Shown piece after piece: positions 54,722 to 64,000 of a DNA stretch of 64,000 nt (its first letter is position 1; every line of letters starts with the position of its first letter). Origin of the DNA: the human T2T-CHM13v2.0 reference genome, Homo sapiens; the NCBI RefSeq assembly GCF_009914755.1, contig NC_060937.1, one strand, 5' to 3'. Position numbers and translations under genes: made by a program. The notes beneath the pieces were generated by a model. That model ran no database searches. It saw only the letters and a list, made by a program, of their open reading frames with translations, and was not told where the DNA came from.

Positions 54722-57088
54722 ATGAAGAGATTTCCATTCTCTCTTCCAGATGCCTCTTGAATGCCGGCCAATATGAGGTTTGAGACAGAAGTATTTGAAA
54801 AATGTAACAACACTAATGGGATTCATAAAATTAGAAGAAATAAATAACTTTATAAGCTCTGATCTTAATAGAAGTTATTAATTAGATATTATTTGCTGAA
54901 ACTTCAGCTGTGCTGCTTATTATATACAGTCTATGGAATTAATGATGTTGGCCTATTATTTCTTGCAAAGAACCCAATGGCTTCACTTTTATATTTGATT
55001 TAAAAATGTATATAGTGATCATCAGAGCATACCTAAAATCCTGCTACTCATGGGGTTATTAAATAATTAGCATTGTTTAAATAATTTTTGAAACACCAAT
55101 TCTTAATGTTTGCTGCAACTCCATTTCCAGTGAAAAAGTGAATTTGGTATTTGCTTCAAAAAGATAATCATTGTATCTTGAATTTCATTTTTGCCTATTT
55201 CATTTTTATTTCCACTGGCATTCCATAAATACATACATACACACACACACACACAAATGTAACCTTTAAAAATTCAACCATGATTCAGAAGCAAATGGGG
55301 ACAGAATAAGGTATTCATCCTGACAAATGCAAGATTTCTTAGCTTGCCATGAGCTTTTTTAGTTAAAAAACATACAGAATCTCAAGCCAGGTATACAGTC
55401 AAAATGATTTTCAGATGTTGACAGTTACATTCTTTTAAATGAATATAAATCTCTGCAAATAAATGTCAGCACTTTATACACAGAGAGACTGAAATTTGTA
55501 TCATCTAGTAAAGGGAGTGATATGAAATAATGATTTACACCTCTAGCTATGAAATTCTTTGATGGAGAAAGTCAGATGCATTCAGTAGAAAATTCAAGAG
55601 TCATTCAGATCACTGTTGCCAGGAAAGATTGAGAAAACATATATTTTTAACTTTAAAGAAAAAAACTGTACAACTTTATAACTGTTTACCTGTCCTCTGG
55701 AAGTCATGGTATTATAGCTGATACAACACCATTCATTAATAAAAGCCACGATACAGGGATTTCCAGCTGCAAAGGGAACTTGTTTATGACATTTTCACCT
55801 GCTGTATATAAAGTTCTTATATCAGCAGTGCTATATTAAAATAGGAAAAATGGCAGGTTATTAATTTTGTGGACATGAATTTATTCTTCAGTTGTTTTAA
55901 TTAGTATTCTGTTTTTCAAGTAATACTCATATGTATCTAAGTGTCTCCTAGCAATAGTATAACTAATTAAATTATTTTTTCTTCTCGATTTCAAATTAGT
56001 GGCAGGGGGAAATATTCCATTTCATTCTGAGAGAAATCACTCCAAAACTCTAATACTTGCCAGGCATACAGGCACACTGAATTTGCTATGTGACTTTATT
56101 AAGCATAATTGTACTATTTTCACAATCTCTGAACACACAATTATATATATTTATGAATATAAATTACAAACACAGACATTGAATGTTAAACTGTAGGAAG
56201 TCTGCATTACCATTCCTTAAATTAAATGAGAACGTTTGGTTTTTACAATCTTAAAACAAATACTATTTTTGTCCAGATTTCACTGCATGGGATGTATTAG
56301 TTCCTCTGAGCCATACACACATCTCCCATTGATTTATACAGAAATATTTAATATAGATGGAAAAGAATTTCTCATACCAGCTAGGAAGTATGGGAAATTA
56401 TCTGTCTTTCCTTTACAGAGGACATAATATAAAGATTTTTCTTAGCAGCAAAGTGTAAATATATAATCTCCAAAATATAGTGAAATAGAAATACCCCAGA
56501 AAGTGACTCAAGAGATTAAATTGGTAAATTAAGTATTCCGGCACTCTCTACTACATATTTAACAAGACTTCTTAGGTGTAAACATTGCCACAAAAGTTTT
56601 CTCAAGTCCAAGGTAGTCTAATGGGTCTTGATGAAAATGCATAACATTCTCAGAATGAAAGATGCATCAGGATGCTTTGGTGGCCTCAGAATTGTGCTGA
56701 ATAACTGTGTGGTATAGAAAGACGCTGGAAGGATGGAAAGGAAGGAAAACATAGCAAGGCAATACCGCTTCTCTCTTCACACTGTCTGTTTTTCAGAGGA
56801 TCAATTTCTTTTTCCAGAGGATGATCAGAAAGATGAGTATACCCTTTCTGACATTTTCTACCTAAAGTAAGAAACGGGAGGACATTGACTGCATTGATTG
56901 CAAACCAGTCCTTATGTCCATAACCACTCTCATTGTCCAAGCATTAAAAGGAACTTTCATCTGCATGGTCTAAGTAAGAAGTATAACAACTGGACACCAA
57001 AACTATGTCTGCCCCAAGTTTTACCTTCTCCAGGATGGCCAACACATTCTTCTAACACTGGTTCTGCAAGTGACACCAAGCCCTAAAG

Positions 57089-57297
57089 AAGTTATTCTCA
57101 ACCTGGGGTGATTTTGGGCCCCCTTCCCCCTAAGGGACATTTGACAATATCTGGATACATTTTTGGTTGTCTGTACTGAGAATGTGCGCTACTGGTATCA
57201 AGTAGGGCAAGGCCACAGATGCTGCTAAACATCCTATAATGCTCAGAACACCCCACGTACAATAAAGAATTACTTGGCCCAAGATGGCAATTGTGAC
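57089..57297 (+). mobile_element. MER20 (hAT-Charlie) DNA transposon
   Basis: ttctcaacctggggtgatttt...gggacatttgacaatatctggatacatttttggttgtc...gatgctgctaaacatcctataatgc...aaagaattacttggccc; last ~15 bp missing. Confidence 0.9.
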
Positions 57298-59534
57298 ATG
57301 GCATCATTTGAAAGATATAAGTTAGAAAATATAAGGAGATTGTCAAGGAGGTAACATGGGGAGAGAGGAGGCAAGGGTAGAAAAGAGTGAGCATTTGTAG
57401 TTAAACTACAGGTGTGTAGGCACTATGTTAAAATCCATGGCAGGTATAAAAATTTTAACATGCTTTTTTTGGGGGGGATTCATAGTCTCAAGCTGTAGCA
57501 AACTGAATCTTGTAGTTTTCGAACTCTAACACGCTCACAAACCGTCATTCTGTGGAGTTAACAGGCAATATTTGTGAGGTGCCTCACATCTAATCAGAAG
57601 TTGAAACACAAAGCTGGGAAACTAATCACTACTAAGCATAAAATCTGTGCTAAAGAGAACTATGTTCATTTGGAAAACGGATAAGATATGGCAAAATAAA
57701 AGACAGCATAGAATAAAAGAGAAAATGATTTAAAATAGCATCTTATATAATTACATTTCATATTGAATTGTTAAAATGTTAACTTGTGAGTAAATCATGC
57801 CATATGGGTGTGTGTGTATATATAAACCTTCGTCATATATATACACACACATATAAACTTACATAAAAGACAGCTAAATATTGCTGTGAATGGGTCATAT
57901 TAATGAATGTGCTTATGCTATGAAAAATTGCAAATTGTTAGACACAAAGAAAATTACATTTTAAAAATTATAATTTGGGTCCTAACTTGAGCAGCTCATT
58001 TTTAATTATGAATTTTCTTCTTCTCTTCCACGTGGCTTCTACTACCTTCCTTATTAGCGTATCTCGATTTGCTCTCTACCTTTGCTTCCCAAGCTACTCA
58101 ACTGTAGCCAGCTTCATTTACCACGGCTAGCAGGAGATCTTGGGGCTTCAGTGAAAGCAAAACTTCAGGGATGGGCTCAGTGAAGCTCAACTTGGCTATT
58201 CTTTGATGTCTCCCTGCCTAGATAGGTCTCGTAACGATGAAGCCAAAGCCCTTCTTCCTCCCTGATATATGTGCTAAAAGATAGAGACAGAAAAATGCTG
58301 AGAAGAAAGAAAAGGCTGAGCAGTGGCTTCCAATGATCAACTAGATTCTTACAATGATGATAGAAGTTTATGTCTTCATTTTTACCATATAATTTAAGTT
58401 CTTTTTATGGTATATTACTATATGGTATATTAGTAATCTCATTGAACTCTTTTCCCATAAAAGCAGATTTTAATAAAATAAAAAGTCATTTATCATTTAA
58501 ATTTAAGTGAGTCGAATGTCCTAGAAAAATGCATTACATCCTATTTAGTTGTTAGGGCAAGAAGAATTACTTATTATTTTGATACTTAAATTTAACCTGT
58601 GAAGAATTCAGTTTGTAGTGAAGCAGAATCCTCAGAGAGGAAGGATGATGGTACAGTCTATCTTGCCTTGTATATTAGGTTTTATTAAAGTTAAGCACAA
58701 TTTGTTTCTTAATTTAATTTACTTACTTTGGTTACCTAGAGATAAGTAAGATATGTTTTTGATATCTTTATAATAGCCTTCCTGTTGGGACAGTGTAGAT
58801 CTGAATAACCTTGGGGAAATAAATATACAAAATGTGTTTTAGGGGATGGAAAATCCAGCACGAGCACTTTTGTAAACTAACTTGTAACTTTCCTACTGTT
58901 TAAGCCTTGCCCATTAGGCTTTTATATTTTTAGACCTTGAAATTGTGTAACATAATTCTTGAAATAAAGGATTTCAATTTTAAGTGACAGCTTTGTGAAG
59001 AACTGGGTTTGAGTAATAATACTATTATTAATCTTGAAATCCTAAACACAATGTATTTAGTAAATTTTTGACATAAACAATAACTGTTTATGTCTATCTG
59101 AATTCCCTCCAAAAGAAACAGAGAACAGAATACATTGCTGTTATATTTAGAAATCAATATTTAAGAGACTCTTTTTAATTAACCAAAAGTAGATGACTCA
59201 ATTTAGATTTCATAGGATTGTTTTCTGATAACTCATGATATTATAATTCTCAAGCAGTTGAAGACTTGAAAACGATTGTTCTTGTTTGTGGGTTTTTCAG
59301 TATTTTAGTTTTGTATTTGTGATATCTTCACTTGTTAAAATATATTTTTTAATCTGTCATGCCTACATATGTAATAAACTTTAAATTAAAATAGTCCAAA
59401 TTTGGTTTTGAGTTGAAAAAATTGGTTGAATAACAGATCCTGGAAATCAGGAATGCCATCCCAGAGTTTTAAAAGCACTGATTCAACTCATTGGAAAATT
59501 AGCATTACCAGCTTATTAATAATTGCTAATCCTT

Positions 59535-59997
59535 GCAAGCAACCAAGGTGTCCTTTGATAGGTGAATAAGTAAACTGTGGCTGTGATACATCCAAACAAT
59601 GGAATATTATTCAATGATAAGAAGAAATGAACTATTTAGCCATGAAATGATACAGAGAAACATTAAATGCATATTGCTATGTGAAAGAAGCCACCCTGTG
59701 AAGGCGACATCCCATATGATTCCAACTACACTACAGTACTAGTGGGCACATTTCGTTATACATTTGTCAAATCTCACAGAATGTACAAAATGCAGAGTGA
59801 AACCTGATGGAAACTATGGACATTAGTGAACAATAATATGTGAACATTGGCTCATCAATTATAACAAATGTGCCACACTAAATGTAAGATGGTAACAACA
59901 GGAGGTTCTTTGGGGGATGGTGAGGGGATATATGGGAGCTCTTTGCTTTTTCTGCTATTTTTGTTTTCTGTTAACCTAAAGCTTCTCAAAAAAAAAT
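59535..59997 (+). mobile_element. L1MC1/2-like 3'UTR with internal deletion
   Basis: aagcaaccaaggtgtcctttgataggtgaat...tatgattccaacta...ttatacatttgtcaaatctcacagaatgtac...aacctaaagcttctcaaaaaaaa. Confidence 0.85.
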
Positions 59998-60018
59998 ACG
60001 TATATATATATTAGATGT

Positions 60019-60019
60019 A

Positions 60020-60059
<40 letters not shown>

Positions 60060-60060
60060 T
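60019..60060. repeat. acc(TA)18ggt microsatellite, a 42-bp perfect palindrome
   Basis: Directly visible. Confidence 0.95.
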
Positions 60061-60065
60061 TTTTA

Positions 60066-60377
<312 letters not shown>

Positions 60378-61381
60378 TCAATCTTAAAAGTTAAAAACAT
60401 CAAAATATGCTAACATAAACAGAAGATTTATTAGAAAGAATATTCACCTAACTACTATAGTAACATCTGGCCTGTGGGTAAGTTAAATTCTGAGACATAT
60501 TTACTTTTTTGCTATGTGAATGGAATAATATTCTATAATTTTGTTTATAGGAAAATGTATTCTTTAGAAGTGAAATTAAAATGTATTGATGCATTTTCTT
60601 GATTCTGCTACCAGCGAAAAAAGCAAGTGTTAATATACATTATATTTTACTTGTATTCATAAGCTTCTATATTTAAAGCAATGTTTCTAATTCCAATAAT
60701 ACATTGCTTCTAAAAGTAGTAAATTATTTTTATTCAAGAAAATTAAATTGTCATTTTACTTAAGTGAATAGCGGCTTATGGGTAAGAAAGACAAAATGGC
60801 AAATTTGGTTAAGATATAAAGTTTGATATATAAAACAACACAGTAAAATAATTTAACATAATGCATTAATATTTCTGAATCATTTATATTTGTATGCTTT
60901 AGAATTTTCCACTTTTTATTATTTTTATTGATTTTATTTACCAATTTTTGTAAACAACCATAAGTATAATTTTTACCACAGTAGAATAGTAGTTTCCTTC
61001 TTGATTTTGGCTTTCTATTTGATATCCCTGAATGATTATAAATCAATGTAAACTGAGCAATAACACAGAAAACTATGATGATAATATTTAGTAATATTAT
61101 AAATAATATAATGCTGTCATTCAAAAATTCATATCAACACATATCTTAGTGATAATGCAAACTAATTTTTATTACTTTAAATATGATTTCAGGAAGACTG
61201 GTACATCTAATATCTTCTAGCAATTATGTTTTCACAGTACATGTTCATTATAATTTCAAATACAATGTAAGTGATCTTCTATAATTATTTCCTGGGTGTC
61301 CACAATCTAATTTTGGTGTATTCAGCAAGTAAGTAGAGAATGGATGTGAGGTCAGTGAATGGTTACTTTGATGTGATTATC

Positions 61382-61383
<2 letters not shown>

Positions 61384-61429
<46 letters not shown>

Positions 61430-61433
61430 GTGT
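61384..61433. repeat. (TG)n microsatellite
   Basis: Directly visible. Confidence 0.95.
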
Positions 61434-61972
61434 AGTAACCAATTTTAAATAGGGGAACCTGACTGATGTTAGAACCCAATTGAAATTCATTTTCTCTCTC
61501 CCTGTGTCTCTCTGTTTCTCCCCTCCCAGAGAAGTACCTCTTCTATTTCTTAGTCATGTGATACTGGATAATTCCCTTTACCTTTCTGAGACTCAATTTA
61601 CTTTTACATAAAATGGCCTTAATAATGCTTTATCTGTATTACAGATTCAAGTTTGACACTGGATGGATTGCTATAAAAATATTTAATCTCATATATCACA
61701 TAAAGACAAATAATTAGTCCTAATCTTGAATAGTGAATACTTATTGTTACTACTGTCAGTGCCTATTCACCTGTGACTGCACTAGGATATTCAGACAGGT
61801 AATAGAGGTATGACAGAGATCTGCTCTAGATGACAAGCAGATGTCTCAGTAAGTCAGGAGTATATAGAGTCAAGAGAACCTTGGAGAAAATAATAGAAGT
61901 CTAAGAGGCCAAGAGTTGAGATCAAGCATAGGGGCAACAGGTGATGATGACTTTGTAATAAACAGTGAAGTT

Positions 61973-62787
61973 GGCAAAGCACATGAACCAAAGAAAACAT
62001 GCAAGCAGCCAACAAGTCTATTAAAAATGCTCAACATCATTAATTATTAGATAAATGTAAATCAAAACTACAATGAGATAACATCTCATGCTAGTCAGAA
62101 TGGCCATTATAAAAAAAGTCAAAAAATAACGGATGCTGGTGAGGTTGCAGAGAAAAGGGAATGCTTAGACACTACTGGTGGGAATGTAAATTAATTCAGC
62201 CACCGTGGAACGCAGTTTGGAGATTTCTCAAAGAACTCAAAGCAGAATTACCATTCGACCCAGCAATCACATTATTAGATATATACCCAAAGGAATATAA
62301 ATCGTTCTACCATGAAGACACATGCACACATAAGTTCATCGCAGCAAAATTCACAATAGCAAAGACATGGAATTGGCCTAGATGCCCATTGGTGGTAGAC
62401 CAAAAAAGAAAATATGGTACATTTACACCATGGAATACTATGCAGACATAAAAAATCCTAGATAATGTCCTTTTCAGCAACATGGATAGAGATGGAGGCC
62501 ACTATCCTAAGTGAACTAATATAGTAACAGAAAACCAAAGGCCACATTTTCTCACTAAACATTGAATACATATAGGCACAAAAAAGGAAACAAGACACTG
62601 GGGCCTACTTGAGGGTGGAGGGTGGGAGGAGGGTGGGGATGGAATACTTACCTATAGGGTACTACAAGTATTACCTGGGTGGTAAAGTAGTCTGTATAGC
62701 AAACTCCTCTGACATGCAATTTACCTATATAACAAACCTGTACATGTACCTCTGAACCTAAAATAAAAGTAAAAAAAAAAAAAAAAT
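61973..62787 (+). mobile_element. 5'-truncated LINE-1 (L1PA16-like) ORF2 end, 3'UTR and polyA
   Basis: ORF 62161-62451 HYWWECKLIQPPWNAVWRFLKELKAELPFDPAI is the ORF2 C-terminus; tail gaacctaaaataaaagt(A)n; degenerate TSD aaacagtgaagtt / atagagtgatgtt. Confidence 0.92.
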
Positions 62788-63667
62788 AGAGTGATGTTTA
62801 GGAGAAAGCCTGAGATCCACAGTATCCCTTGAGGAAAGACAGCATATTCTGGTATTCATTAAGAGTGTATACTGGACAGAAGAATAAAGCAATGAAAAAA
62901 AGTTAATAAAAGTATTAACACAGGAATTGCCAATTAAGAAAAATCAAGTGTCTTCTTACTTTAAAATTACTCATTATTTCATGCTTCTAAATTTTCCTGA
63001 TATAAATCTAAAATGTATAGTACCTTATTAGAGATCTTAAATAAATAATAGCAGTGCTTAAATGTTAGATTGAATTTGTATATAGCAATGGCTGTTTTAA
63101 AGACATTACAGAGATAACTGAAAAACACCCAGACACACACATACACAAGTGCTGGAGTATGTGTTGTCACAGTTTGTTGCTTTGACAAGGGGAAATCAGA
63201 TTTCATTGTCTTTTTAAAATATGGCTTAGTTTTAAAAATACACACTACTTAAAAACAACCTCAGGAGGTGGCTAGAATCAATTGTGTAAAGGGATGTTTG
63301 TATACATGTAAAATTTCTTCATTTCAAGTATAATAACATTGACCATAACCTCTGTTGTCTGTGTTTAATGGCGATCAGAGAGATGCACCCAAAGGAATGG
63401 ATTGAGTACTTTAGAAGAACAATTACATTTTATGTACCATCTTTTAAAAAGTGATATTGAATTTTTTAATGGTCATGAGGTCAGAAATCCAAATTATTTA
63501 TTTAGCTAAAATGATTCAAAACAAAACGTTTGATGTTTCCAGGCACAAAACCTAGCTTGTGATTTCAGTAAAGTATCTGGGAAATAGTAGCCATTTCTTC
63601 AATAAAATAACTTGATTCTTCAATAAAATAATAAATACATCTGTGGACAAATGAGAATAAAAAGGAT

Positions 63668-64000
63668 ATTTATTTCTTTTTTAAAATAGATTCATCGGGT
63701 GCACATGCAAGTTTGTTACATGGATGTATTGAGTGTTGATGAAGTTTGGGCTTCAAGTGTATCCATCACCTGAATAGAGAACATTGAACCCAATAGGTTA
63801 TTTTTCACCCCTGTATTCCTTACTACCCTTCCTCCTTTTGGAGACCCAGTATCTCTGATTTCCCTCTGTAGGTCCGTGTGTACCCACTGTTTAGCTCTCA
63901 CTTGTAAGTGGGAACACACAGTATTCGATTTTCCATTTCTAAGTTATTTCACTTAGGATAACGGACTCCAGCTCCATCCATGTTGCTGTGAGAGACATGA
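63668..64000 (-). mobile_element. L1PB-type 3' end, runs off the window
   Basis: gtgcacatgcaagtttgttacatggatgtattg...tttagctctcacttgtaagtgggaacac...ctccagctccatccatgttgctg. Confidence 0.88.

Noticed and set aside
63595-63631. 16-bp direct repeat ttcttcaataaaataa x2
   Set aside because: Ordinary micro-duplication in AT-rich DNA; the AATAAA copies have no supporting exon

Overview
AT-rich, repeat-dense, non-coding primate genomic DNA (AluY, AluS and L1PA elements indicate human or a close catarrhine relative). I find no supportable protein-coding gene, tRNA/rRNA gene, CpG island or CRISPR array. The only ORFs with recognisable protein similarity are decayed LINE-1 ORF2 pieces; the rest are Alu, microsatellite or chance frames. 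Recognisable content: about 14 L1 fragments on both strands, 7 full-length or near-full-length Alus plus a free left monomer, a full-length MSTA LTR-int-LTR element, several solo LTRs (THE1D, MLT1, MSTD, MER52, LTR16-like), DNA transposons (Tigger4b, MADE1, MER20), L2/MIR relics and microsatellites. Subfamily names come from recalled consensus motifs and have not been run through RepeatMasker. The best leads are (i) a locally templated mosaic and duplicated Alu 5' junction at 11.45-12.23 kb, (ii) an RFX/AP-1/CRE motif cluster followed by a well-bounded candidate exon at 16.9-17.6 kb, (iii) a recursive-splice-site-like motif at 26.27 kb and (iv) an old inverted-repeat element at 27.34-27.49 kb. 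I see no convincing evidence of a wholly new biological system.
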